A stretch of 64,000 nucleotides of DNA from Alphaproteobacteria bacterium (GTDB lineage: Bacteria > Pseudomonadota > Alphaproteobacteria > JAEULC01), in NCBI GenBank assembly GCA_020846275.1, contig JADLEG010000250.1, positions 9,875 through 73,874 on the forward strand, in the 5' to 3' direction. This document shows positions 54,419 to 64,000 of this stretch, piece after piece. How positions within the stretch are numbered: the stretch's first letter is position 1; each line of letters begins with the position of its first letter. Under the pieces are notes generated by a model. The model was not told where the DNA came from, ran no database searches, and saw only the letters and a program-made list of their open reading frames with translations. Made by a program: the position numbers and the translations under genes.

Positions 54419-55687
54419 TCAGGTCGGCAGGCCTGAGCCATATCTCCGCTGATACTCAGCTGCCGCCGAGGCAAAGCACTCCAGCGGCGCCCGCACGATC
54501 CCCGCACCAATCTGGCCGCCATCGCGGCCGGCAATGCCGATGTCCATGACGGGTGCGATGCCAGTCGCTACCACCTTTAAGATGTCTATGCCCGTCGGGG
54601 AACCGCGGTACCGGAGATATGGGATCCGGAAGTCGGTATGCTCCCCGACCGTGATCTCGTACATCTCGAGGTTATGGGCGATCATCGCCTCCGGCGAGCC
54701 GCCCTGATAGGCCTGCAAAGGAAAGGCGGCTGCCTGGGAGAAGCCGCCAAGCCCGACGGTCTCGGCGATGACGCTTTCCCCGCCCATCCAGGTGATCTCG
54801 TCCTCACGATGGCCCTCGAAGAGCTTTGCCTGCACCGTGGCGTGCGGACCGGTCCACCAGGCGTCACCGAGCCCGCTCACTCTGATCGCAAAGCCGCGGC
54901 AGTTGAATGCCATCGCGGTCACCACGCTTGCATGCTTCACGCCATGGGCGGCGTCGGCCGTGACCTTGGCGGCCGCCATGGACAGGCGAAGGAAGAAATA
55001 GTGGTCTTCGGTCAGCGCCTGTACCGCTTTCAGCACGCCATCCTGGTCGTGCGAACTCATGGCCGCGAGATGCGGGTACAGTTCGCGCGCGAACAGCAGC
55101 GAGGCGGCGGTATTGCGGCTGTGCAACTCGTCGCCCATATGCAGTGCGCGGGCCATAAGCGGCTTGAGCGGGATGCCGCCCGAACGCCGCACCGCCTCGC
55201 GGATCACCGGCGCCACGATCCGATGGACATAGTCCAGCCGCTCATGAACACCAGCGTCGTAAACGCCGTAATTCAAACGCCGCCGGTTGGTTCCTTCGTA
55301 AAAATTGCAGTGGCCGTATGCCCCGGTCGCTGCGTTGCGTACGACGAAGACCGGCATCGACGCCGTGTAGATGCCGGCGAGCGATCCCACGCAGGCGTGC
55401 GGATGACAGCCATCGACGGCGATCTCGCCGGACGACAGCTTCCGCATCGCCTCCTCGCGGTCCCGGGCCAGGCCCTCGAACAGCGCGCCGCCGATGATGG
55501 CCTCGCGCTGGCCCCCGACATACCCATCCCAGGCGAGCGCCGGACCGGATGTCAGGATCAGGTTGGGCAACATGCCCGGAAGCACCTCGCCGGCCGGCCG
55601 CACATCGACCAGCACCGGTTCCGCTTCGCACATCCGACGAAGACATTCCTGGTTGGCCGTCATTCGGCGTGTCTCGTCATTAGTCAT
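54419..55687 (-). CDS. DUF1116 / YlbE (AllG-like) family protein
   Basis: GGALFEGLA, CHPHACVGSLAG..ASMPVFVV, ALHMGDELHSRN, FFLRLSMAAAK, ETVGLGGF. Confidence 0.85.
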   Translation of the reverse strand: MTNDETRRMTANQECLRRMCEAEPVLVDVRPAGEVLPGMLPNLILTSGPALAWDGYVGGQREAIIGGALFEGLARDREEAMRKLSSGEIAVDGCHPHACVGSLAGIYTASMPVFVVRNAATGAYGHCNFYEGTNRRRLNYGVYDAGVHERLDYVHRIVAPVIREAVRRSGGIPLKPLMARALHMGDELHSRNTAASLLFARELYPHLAAMSSHDQDGVLKAVQALTEDHYFFLRLSMAAAKVTADAAHGVKHASVVTAMAFNCRGFAIRVSGLGDAWWTGPHATVQAKLFEGHREDEITWMGGESVIAETVGLGGFSQAAAFPLQAYQGGSPEAMIAHNLEMYEITVGEHTDFRIPYLRYRGSPTGIDILKVVATGIAPVMDIGIAGRDGGQIGAGIVRAPLECFASAAAEYQRRYGSGLPT

Positions 55688-55738
55688 TTTTAAGAACCTC
55701 GATTCTTGCCGGAGCCTACGAAACGGGGATGTCATCGA

Positions 55739-55912
55739 TCAGGCGGATATCGGCGGGAGATGGGGGAACAAGCCGTGGCTTTGGAACACGAAGCCGATAT
55801 TCCGCCGGAATGGAGGCAGCTGAGCTACATCTCGCCCGCCATAGGGAGCGGTCGAGCACGGCCTGGACCGACCCAAAGGCTTGCACACGGTTCCGATCGC
55901 AATGGCGCTCAT
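55739..55912 (-). pseudogene. Eroded PotA-like ABC ATPase remnant
   Basis: MSAIAIGTVCK / FGSVQAV / GGRDVAQLPPFRRNIGFVFQSHGLFPHL in shifted frames; Walker A and all of the C-terminus missing. Confidence 0.75.
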
Positions 55913-55926
55913 CGGTAAATCTATCC

Positions 55927-56373
55927 TCAGCGCAGATGATCCAGATCGACATATCGGTCGAGTACCAGCATGAGCACGAGCGTCAACACGATCACGACGG
56001 TAGAAATCGCAGCGAACGCCGGATCGACGCCATAGGCCTCGGTCTGAGAATAGATAATAACCGGCAGCGTTGTCATCTTCGCGTTGCCGCGGAAAATTGA
56101 CACCGGTACATTATCGAAGGACGTCATGAAAGCGAAGAAGTCTCCGACGATGATGCCGTGCTTGTTTGTCGGCAAGGTGACATGCCGCTTGGTCCGCAGA
56201 TCGTCTGCTCCCAGGCTCAGCGCAACTTCTTCGAGGGTTAAGTCCATCGCGAGCACGGTCGTAATTGCAGCCACGACACCGCTCACTTGGAACGCATCGA
56301 TCAGCTGCTGGTCATCGATCAGCGCCTGATACCACCGGATGGCGAAGCGCTGTAGCGGAGATGGCAGACCATC
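55927..56373 (-). pseudogene. Eroded PotC-like permease remnant
   Basis: PLQRFAIRWYQAL..AFQVS..TTVLA joined directly to DLTLEEVALSLGA..VTLP..SFDNV; no start codon, central TMs absent. Confidence 0.8.
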
Positions 56374-56450
56374 TCATGGACGCCGTCAGCAGGGCGGCAT
56401 CATCGATGCTTTCATCCGGCAGGTCGTCGCGCATAGTCGCGGCCGCGAAC

Positions 56451-57335
56451 CTACCGAAAGACTCCAGGTGTCTCCGGCGCTGCCGACAATTGCATGAGGT
56501 CCTCGCCGAACACGATGACGCCGTCATAAATCCTTGCCATCTCCGCGATGACCTTCTCTCGCACGCCGGGTCGGTCGAATTGGTCGTAGATGTGGGATGC
56601 CACGAGGCGACGCGCGCCGGCCGCCGCCGCGGTTCGCGCCGCCTCGATATGGCCGCTGGTCCCGGTCCGCGTCGCCTCGTTGTCGACCGAACCGCTGATA
56701 TGCGAGCACATGTGGATGAGAACGTCGCAGCCGGCGGCGAGTTTTTCGAGCGCCTTGCTCGGTCCCGCGTCACCCGAATAGACCACCGATCCGGAATCGG
56801 AATCCAGGCGAAGCGCCAGACAGGTCAGATAGGGCTGCGCATGCGGCACCTCGACCACCTGAACCCGCCAGTTCGTCGTCTCGACCGTATCGCCCTTGCC
56901 GATCTCCGTGACGTTGGGCCTTGGGCCGATGCGCGGCTCGACGCCGCCCCGCGCACGGTAGACGTGCAGACTTGCGTCCCAGTTCATGCGGGCTTGCAAA
57001 TCCGGCTCGAACACGCCGTCGGGGCCGATCAGGCCGTCGATCATCTTCCCAAGCGGGGGCGGCCCATACACGTTGAGCTCCGGGATCTTTCCCGCCCCGT
57101 GGTCCCAGCGGGTCAGCAGGAGGCGGGGAAAGTCGACGAAATGGTCGTAGTGCAGGTGCGAAAAGAAGACGTGCGTCACATCGGTCGCCCTGGCGCCCGA
57201 TTCGAGCAGGCGATGGTGACTGCCCGGACCGTGATCGAAAAGAACAACGTCGCCGGCCACCGACACCATGTAGCCGGGCCCCATGCGCTTGAGCGACGGC
57301 GCCGGGTTGCCGGTGCCCAGCAAGGTTATCTTCAT
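56451..57335 (-). CDS. MBL-fold metallo-hydrolase (RNase Z/AtsA-like)
   Basis: TLLGTGNPAP, FDHGPG, SHLHYDH, YSGD, SH. Confidence 0.9.
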   Translation of the reverse strand: MKITLLGTGNPAPSLKRMGPGYMVSVAGDVVLFDHGPGSHHRLLESGARATDVTHVFFSHLHYDHFVDFPRLLLTRWDHGAGKIPELNVYGPPPLGKMIDGLIGPDGVFEPDLQARMNWDASLHVYRARGGVEPRIGPRPNVTEIGKGDTVETTNWRVQVVEVPHAQPYLTCLALRLDSDSGSVVYSGDAGPSKALEKLAAGCDVLIHMCSHISGSVDNEATRTGTSGHIEAARTAAAAGARRLVASHIYDQFDRPGVREKVIAEMARIYDGVIVFGEDLMQLSAAPETPGVFR

Positions 57336-57357
57336 GCACGTCTCCCGGTGGTTGGGT

Positions 57358-58431
57358 TCAGGCTGCCTTGAACTGCTTGTCCCAGAAATCCTTCAAGTCG
57401 CCGGAACTGCGCGCGAGAAAGTCCAGATCCGGGTTGATGAACAAAAGCTCCTCCGCGGCGGAGAAGCCGATGCGCTTTTGCAACTCCGGCTTGACGGTCG
57501 CGTTGCGTATCACCGGGTTGTAGCCGAGGTCCTCGGCGAATCCGGTCTGGACCGAGGGCTCAAGGGCGGCATCGAGAAACGCGTAGGACCCATCCTTGTT
57601 CGGCGCGTTCTTCGGAATGGCGAAGCCGGAGACATAGGTGATGATGCCCTCCTTCGGCGCCACGATCTTGATGTTGGCGCCCGCGTTCTGCCATTGCACG
57701 GCGCGCGCCTTCCACATGATCGCGATCCCGACTTCCTCGGTCTGAAGCGCCTGGGCCAGAGCCTCGTTGCTCGGGTAGAAGCGCGGCTTGAGCTTCTTGA
57801 GGTCGAGCAGGGCCTTCTTGGCCTTGTCAAAGTCGCCGGTCTTGCCGCCGCCCACCAGCGCCGCCGCCATCGTCGTGTATACGTGTTGAATGTCGACAAC
57901 GCCGACGAGCCCCTCGTTGCGCGGATCCCACAGGTCCGCGATCGCCGTCGGCTCGTATTTGATCAGCTTCGGATTGTAGATCAGCATCTTCCCGCTGTAG
58001 ATGTGCGGCGACAGAAGCGGCGTCTCCGCGATGCTGAACGTCTTGATGATGTTCTGCGCGTTCTTGAATCTGGAATGGTCGAGCTTTTCCAGGACGTTTG
58101 CGTCCTGCAACTCGGCGATATCCGTGGCGGTCAGCGCCTGGACGTCCGAGGTCCCCTTCGGAAGGCGCTTTTCGGCCAGCAGCTTCGCCTTGCGTTGCGC
58201 GACGACGGCTTCGTCGTTCACGACCTCCCATCCGCGCGGCGCCAGCACGGGGACCGAGACGTGCTTGGTCAAAAGCTGACCGTAGTCGCCGCCCCAGGTC
58301 GACAGGACGATCCTCTTGTTTGCCGCCTGCCCCCAGGCCGCGCGCGCGCCCAGGGCGCCGACGGCGGCACTGGCCATGACGCCCCGTAGCGCGGTGCGGC
58401 GGCCGATTGCGGAATTCTTCGCTTCGATCAT
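57358..58431 (-). CDS. ABC substrate-binding protein, PotD-like, Tat signal
   Basis: GRRTALRG; STWGGDYG; PKEG..GFAIPKNAPNKD. Confidence 0.88.
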   Translation of the reverse strand: MIEAKNSAIGRRTALRGVMASAAVGALGARAAWGQAANKRIVLSTWGGDYGQLLTKHVSVPVLAPRGWEVVNDEAVVAQRKAKLLAEKRLPKGTSDVQALTATDIAELQDANVLEKLDHSRFKNAQNIIKTFSIAETPLLSPHIYSGKMLIYNPKLIKYEPTAIADLWDPRNEGLVGVVDIQHVYTTMAAALVGGGKTGDFDKAKKALLDLKKLKPRFYPSNEALAQALQTEEVGIAIMWKARAVQWQNAGANIKIVAPKEGIITYVSGFAIPKNAPNKDGSYAFLDAALEPSVQTGFAEDLGYNPVIRNATVKPELQKRIGFSAAEELLFINPDLDFLARSSGDLKDFWDKQFKAA

Positions 58432-58482
58432 GATCGTTTCTCCCTGCTGCCGTTGCGAATGCTTCTTGCCTTATGCGATGCA

Positions 58483-59280
58483 TCACGCCTGTTCGGCGGC
58501 GGACGCATGGGTCGCCGCGCCGCTCGTCAGCACGTCTAGCTCGATCGGGCGGTGCCCGGCCGGGATCTGCAGCGACTGGTAGGTCGTCGCCCGGTTGTAG
58601 GAGAAGCCGACCACGTCCCAGTTGGTCCCGTAGGTTCCGCGCGGGACGACCAGGTGCCGGCACGCATCCGCCGAAAGCTTGCGGCATTGCAGGCGGTGGG
58701 TGGTCCGGATGGTCGGCAGATTGAACCGGCGACCCAGGATGCGGTGGAACGACGCGCCGTGCAGATTATCGATCGATTCCTGCAACAAGTGCCGGCCGAG
58801 GTCGTGGGCGATGAAGAACCGGCTGTACGCCGGCGAATCGCCCTCGACCCAGACCAGGCGTTCCACGCGCACGCACCGCTCGACCTGCAGGAAGGGGCGC
58901 CAGGCGCCGTTCGACCCGTCCTCGGCGACCGACAAGACGCGCGTGAATGGAATCTGCACCTGGCCGGTATCGGGATTCTTGAACCGGAAGACGAACACGT
59001 CCTCGGCCTGGCGGCCCGCGACGAAAGTGCCGCGTCGGCGCGTCCGCTGCACGAAGCCGATATCGGCCAAGTGCGTCAACGCCTTTTGGATCGTGCCGAG
59101 GCTGACCGAGAACAGATGGGCCAGTTTCGTTTCGGGCGGCAGGCGGTCGCCGGGATTGAGTAGCCCGCGCTCGATAGCCCTGGTCAGCGCCGCGATGATC
59201 TGCCGGTACTTTGGAAAGCCGGGCATCTCGCCTTCGGCGGCCACCCCGGCCGCGATCCGAGCAAGCGTCGCTGTCGCCAT
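58483..59280 (-). CDS. GntR family regulator (HutC subfamily, UTRA)
   Basis: PKYRQI..GDRLPPETKLAHLFSVSLGTIQKAL..GTFV; UTRA-like C-terminus. Confidence 0.92.
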   Translation of the reverse strand: MATATLARIAAGVAAEGEMPGFPKYRQIIAALTRAIERGLLNPGDRLPPETKLAHLFSVSLGTIQKALTHLADIGFVQRTRRRGTFVAGRQAEDVFVFRFKNPDTGQVQIPFTRVLSVAEDGSNGAWRPFLQVERCVRVERLVWVEGDSPAYSRFFIAHDLGRHLLQESIDNLHGASFHRILGRRFNLPTIRTTHRLQCRKLSADACRHLVVPRGTYGTNWDVVGFSYNRATTYQSLQIPAGHRPIELDVLTSGAATHASAAEQA

Positions 59281-59295
59281 TATCGGTTCCTATTT

Positions 59296-59339
59296 ACTAT
59301 ACAGTTTATTTCATATAACTATATTGGATCGAATGTCAA
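59296..59339 (-). promoter_or_regulatory. Sigma70-like promoter of gntR with candidate operators
   Basis: TTGACA-N16-TATATG on minus; near-palindromes ACTATACAGT (59296-59305) and ATATAACTATAT (59313-59324). Confidence 0.5.
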
Positions 59340-59522
59340 AGACAAGCCGCGCCCATTGCGGGGCGGCATGGCCTCACTGGCGGACGAAGCGATGGCTGAT
59401 GCCGGCGAACAGCATGCTCTTGTTCATTTCATGCGTCGTACCGAGATTGCTTCGCCCGGGCTGACGCAATCGCTGCGACCCGCATCAGGGTGGCAGATCC
59501 CGCCGTGCAGGGGATTCCGATC

Positions 59523-60371
59523 ATGGCCGCACCGTTAGCCTGGCCGTCGAGCGCCGCCGTCCTTGGCCGGACCTGCGGCCGCTGGCTCTTCACCGGGGCC
59601 GCAGGCGGCGTGCTGGTCCTCATTCTCTTGCCGCTGATATTCGTCGTCTGGCTGTCGTTCTTTCGCCAGGAAATCCCGTCATTCCCGCCCGATGGCTACA
59701 GTCTTCGCTGGTTCCGGGCGATTTGGACCAATCCGAAATTCGCGGATGGATTCGCGATGAGCCTCCAGGTGGCAGTCGTCGCCATGCTGGCAGGCCTGCT
59801 GCTTGGCGTGCCCGCCGCGCTCTGCATTGCGCGGTTCCGCTTCGCGGGTCGCGAAGTGCTGAACAATCTTCTGCTGCTGCCCATTGTCGTGCCAGGAATC
59901 GTCCTCGGCACGGCGATCTACGTGTTCCATGTCGAGCTTCAGGGCTTTTTCTCCGAGGTCACGATCCTCGGCTCGATCGGCGGCCTCGTCGCCGGCCATA
60001 TCCTGCTGGTCATCCCGTGGAGCGTGCGGCTGGTGACGGCGAGCCTTGCCGGGTTCGATCGCAGCGTCGAAGAGGCGGCACTCAGCCTGGGGGCGACGCC
60101 GGTGCGAGCCTTCTTTCGGATCACCCTGCCGATCATCCGTCCCGGCATCGTGGCATCGGCTTTGTTCGGATTCGTCGTCTCATTCGGAAACTTGGAAATG
60201 ACGCTGTTCTTGGTAGGCGCCGGCCGAACCACCCTGCCCATAGCCATCCTTCAATACCTGGAGTGGAAGATCGACCCCACGATCGCGGCCGTGTCGGTCG
60301 TTCAGATCGCGCTGATCGGCACTGCCATGGCCATCACAAACCGCTTTGTCCGATTGTCGCGGGTGGTGTAG
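59523..60371 (+). CDS. ABC permease, PotC-like
   Basis: SFPPDGYSLRWF, VEEAALSLGA..ITLP, SFGN. Confidence 0.92.
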   Translation: MAAPLAWPSSAAVLGRTCGRWLFTGAAGGVLVLILLPLIFVVWLSFFRQEIPSFPPDGYSLRWFRAIWTNPKFADGFAMSLQVAVVAMLAGLLLGVPAALCIARFRFAGREVLNNLLLLPIVVPGIVLGTAIYVFHVELQGFFSEVTILGSIGGLVAGHILLVIPWSVRLVTASLAGFDRSVEEAALSLGATPVRAFFRITLPIIRPGIVASALFGFVVSFGNLEMTLFLVGAGRTTLPIAILQYLEWKIDPTIAAVSVVQIALIGTAMAITNRFVRLSRVV

Positions 60372-60375
60372 GGCG

Positions 60376-61443
<1,068 letters not shown>

Positions 61444-61467
61444 AATCGAGGAAAATGGCCGGATCAG

Positions 61468-62394
61468 ATGCCGTCGCAGGTCGAAACACAAATGGCTGCA
61501 TCCGCAACAGGCGGTGTCCGCCCGTCGCCCGTTAGCCGCGATCGGCGCGACGGGCAGGGTTGGACCGCCGGTATGCTCATCGGGCCCGCGACTGTATTCG
61601 TCACGCTCGGGCTTCTGGTGCCGATCGTCATCCTGTTCCGCTACAGCCTGAACGACTTCAAGGCCGGCGTGATGATGGTCGAGGCGCTGACGCTCAAGCA
61701 GTACGCCCTGTTCTTCACCGATCCCTATTTCATCGCCGCCTTCTATCGCACCCTGCGCGTGGCGCTGATCGTGACGCTGTTGTGCATCGTGCTCGCGTAT
61801 CCGCTTGCCTATACACTGGCGCGGACCCAGAGCCGGTGGAAGAATCTGCTGATCATGCTGATCGTCCTGCCGCTGTTCGTCGGCAATGCGGTGCGGGCGG
61901 CGGGTTGGATGACACTCTTCGGCAACAAGGGGTTCATCAACGTTGCCCTGCAGTGGCTCGGGCTGATCGACCACCCTGTCCGCATCATGTTCACCGAGCC
62001 CGCGGTGATCGTCGGCATCCTGGCGGTGAACCTGCCGTACGTCGTGCTGACAATTCAAAGCGTGATCGAAGGCATCGAACGCGCGGTCGAGGAGGCGGCT
62101 TTCAGCCTGGGCGCCGGACCCTGGACGATGTTCCGGCGCGTGATGCTGCCGCTGGCCACGCCGGGCTTCGTCGCGGGCGCGATCTTCTGCTTCATCCTGA
62201 CGATGAACGCCTACGCGACGCCCGTCCTGCTCGGCGGGCCGCAGTTCGTCATGATGGGCCCGCTGGTCTACACGCAGTTCGCGGTCAAGAGCAATTGGCC
62301 GCTTGGTGCCGCCGTCGCCTTCATCCTCATGAGCGCGACCCTGGTGCTGACGGCCGGCGCCAACCTCCTGGTGCAGCGACGCTATAGGCGCTAG
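61468..62394 (+). CDS. ABC permease, PotB-like
   Basis: LAYPLAY, PLFVGNAVRAAGW, VEEAAFSLGA..VMLPLATPG. Confidence 0.92.
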   Translation: MPSQVETQMAASATGGVRPSPVSRDRRDGQGWTAGMLIGPATVFVTLGLLVPIVILFRYSLNDFKAGVMMVEALTLKQYALFFTDPYFIAAFYRTLRVALIVTLLCIVLAYPLAYTLARTQSRWKNLLIMLIVLPLFVGNAVRAAGWMTLFGNKGFINVALQWLGLIDHPVRIMFTEPAVIVGILAVNLPYVVLTIQSVIEGIERAVEEAAFSLGAGPWTMFRRVMLPLATPGFVAGAIFCFILTMNAYATPVLLGGPQFVMMGPLVYTQFAVKSNWPLGAAVAFILMSATLVLTAGANLLVQRRYRR

Positions 62395-62397
62395 CGG

Positions 62398-64000
62398 ATG
62401 GCCGGCATTGAACCCCGAAAGCTACCGGTCGCGGTCGAGCATGATCTGCAATGTGTCTGCCGGGACGGCACGATCTTGCGCGCCGATGTATATCATCCGG
62501 CGGACGGCGGGCGTTACCCCGCGCTTCTGAACCGCACGCCCTATGGCAAGCGCGAGCCGCGCTACATCGCCGACGCACGTGAAGTCGCGAGCCGCGGCTA
62601 TACGGTGATCGTGCAGGACCAGCGCGGACGCTACGCGTCGGACGGCGAATACCGCTGGATGTTCCGCGAGCGCACCGAGACCTTTGACGTCGAGGATGGA
62701 TACGACGCGGCGCAATGGGCATCCACCCTGCCATGGAGCGACGGGCGCCTGGGTACCTGGGGCCATTCCAACGCCTCGTACCTCGCGTGGATGCTCGCAT
62801 CCTCGCGGCCGCCTGCGCTGAAGGCGATCATGGCGAGCGGCATGGCGCAGAACCTGCTGAGCATGAATTTTGGCATTTTCGAGACCGGGCGTCGGCTCGA
62901 GTGGGTTCATCTGATGGCCGCGGACGCGCGCCGCCGTGCCGGCGACCCTGGCCCGCATAGCGCAGCGGAGGCTACCGAGCATTGGAACACCATCGAGCGT
63001 GGCAAGTATATCTGGTGGGTGCCGCTGGGCGACATTCCCGCCCATGTCTTTTCGACCCTGCACGGACCGCTGCAGACCTACCATCGTGCCCAGAACCGCG
63101 AGTTCATGCGCTTCGGCGAGTTCCATTCGCAGATCACGGCGCCGGTGATGCTGATGACCGGCTGGTGGGACAGGTTGATCGGAACAATGGATCACTACAC
63201 GGGCCTGGCGACCGACGGGCCGAGGGAGCTTCGGCGGCAGCATCGTCTGATCGTGGGGCCCTGGATTCACGACGTGACGCAACTCGTGCCCAAGAATTGT
63301 GGAATGGATTTCGGCCCGGAGGCAGAGCGTTCCTATGCCGACATGATCGCGCGTTGGTACGACTACCACCTGAAGGGCAAGGACGACGGGATCGGCAGCG
63401 AAGAACCCGTGCAGCTGTTCGTCCTCGGGCGAAACAAATGGCGCGGTGAGACGGAATGGCCGCTGTCGCGCGCCAGGCCGACCGCGCTTTACCTGCACAG
63501 CGGGGGACGGGCGAACACGGTTCGCGGCGATGGCGTTCTGGCCCCGTGGAGACCTGCCCACGACGAAGCGTCGGATCGTTTCGACTACGACCCGCGCGAT
63601 CCCGTCATGTCGCTGATGCGCGCCGATTCCCAGGCCGCGCCGGTCGACCAGGCGCCGCACGATCATCGCAGCGACATCCTGGTCTACCAGACGGCGCCCC
63701 TGGCGCAGGAGATAGAAGCCATCGGTCCGGTATCGCTGCGGCTTTGGGCGGCAACCGACGGTCCCGACACGGACTGGACCGCCAAACTAGCCGTCGTGCA
63801 GGCGGACGGGCGCTGTTTCAACCTGACCTACGGCATCATGCGGGCCCAATACCGCGATGGCTATGACAGGCCGAAGCTGCTCGAACCGGGCAATATCTAC
63901 GAGTATGCGATTGCGCTCAATCCAATTGCGATCGTCTTCAAGAAGGGCCAGCGCATCCGACTCTACATTTCCAGCTCGGACTTCCCGAACTTCGACCGCA
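62398..64000 (+). CDS. CocE/NonD family hydrolase (alpha/beta serine hydrolase), 3' partial; absent from ORF track
   Basis: Hand translation: RDGTILRADVYHP, NRTPYGK, QDQRGRYASDG, GTWGHSN, TGWWD, GPWIH, SSSDFPNFDR. Confidence 0.93.
   Translation, partial: MAGIEPRKLPVAVEHDLQCVCRDGTILRADVYHPADGGRYPALLNRTPYGKREPRYIADAREVASRGYTVIVQDQRGRYASDGEYRWMFRERTETFDVEDGYDAAQWASTLPWSDGRLGTWGHSNASYLAWMLASSRPPALKAIMASGMAQNLLSMNFGIFETGRRLEWVHLMAADARRRAGDPGPHSAAEATEHWNTIERGKYIWWVPLGDIPAHVFSTLHGPLQTYHRAQNREFMRFGEFHSQITAPVMLMTGWWDRLIGTMDHYTGLATDGPRELRRQHRLIVGPWIHDVTQLVPKNCGMDFGPEAERSYADMIARWYDYHLKGKDDGIGSEEPVQLFVLGRNKWRGETEWPLSRARPTALYLHSGGRANTVRGDGVLAPWRPAHDEASDRFDYDPRDPVMSLMRADSQAAPVDQAPHDHRSDILVYQTAPLAQEIEAIGPVSLRLWAATDGPDTDWTAKLAVVQADGRCFNLTYGIMRAQYRDGYDRPKLLEPGNIYEYAIALNPIAIVFKKGQRIRLYISSSDFPNFDR

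Noticed and set aside
54240-54420. Intergenic stretch with several CTAG sites as another repeat copy or IS remnant
   Set aside because: No similarity to the CCGAAGTTCG core and no transposase motif
14275-56373. Idea that the many deletion scars were produced by the local Ku-LigD NHEJ system
   Set aside because: Attractive but unsupported; ordinary deletion bias or assembly error explains them equally well

Overview
High-GC (roughly two-thirds by eye) alphaproteobacterial DNA with two parts. (1) About 0.7-36.9 kb is a very large general stress response (GSR) island. It holds the PhyR-NepR-EcfG partner switch with two EcfG sigma factors, two PhyR and one NepR. It also has four HisKA_2/HWE-type kinases (one with a degenerate ATP-binding domain), a FATGY-type single-domain response regulator, and many typical stress genes (Ku, LigD, CsbD, DUF1328, DUF883, HdeD, CBS, PRC-barrel, YflT-like, NRAMP, metallothionein-like, GT4 plus glycoside hydrolase). 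By manual reading I find 15 exact EcfG-type promoters (10 GGAAC-N16/17-CGTT, 5 GCAAC-N16-CGTT) and about 9 variants, several back-to-back. (2) About 37-64 kb is a catabolic/transport region: Crp/Fnr and GntR regulators, a TctCBA transporter with 2-hydroxy-acid enzymes, PotABCD-like ABC systems (one intact, one split, one eroded), four SDRs, an LLM monooxygenase, an orphan DUF1116/AllG-like protein, an MBL hydrolase and a CocE/NonD hydrolase running off the right edge. The best candidates for undescribed biology are: a ~70-nt EcfG-promoter sRNA with an exposed anti-Shine-Dalgarno tract (31981-32050, minus), plus a weaker second one after ligD; a CTAG-bounded palindromic mosaic repeat whose three copies each overlap a TAG stop codon and form a deletion/recombination series; and a doubled sigma/PhyR cascade with two promoter classes and a pseudokinase. 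No tRNA, rRNA, CRISPR array, integrase or transposase was seen. All calls come from motif recognition by eye; no database searches were run.
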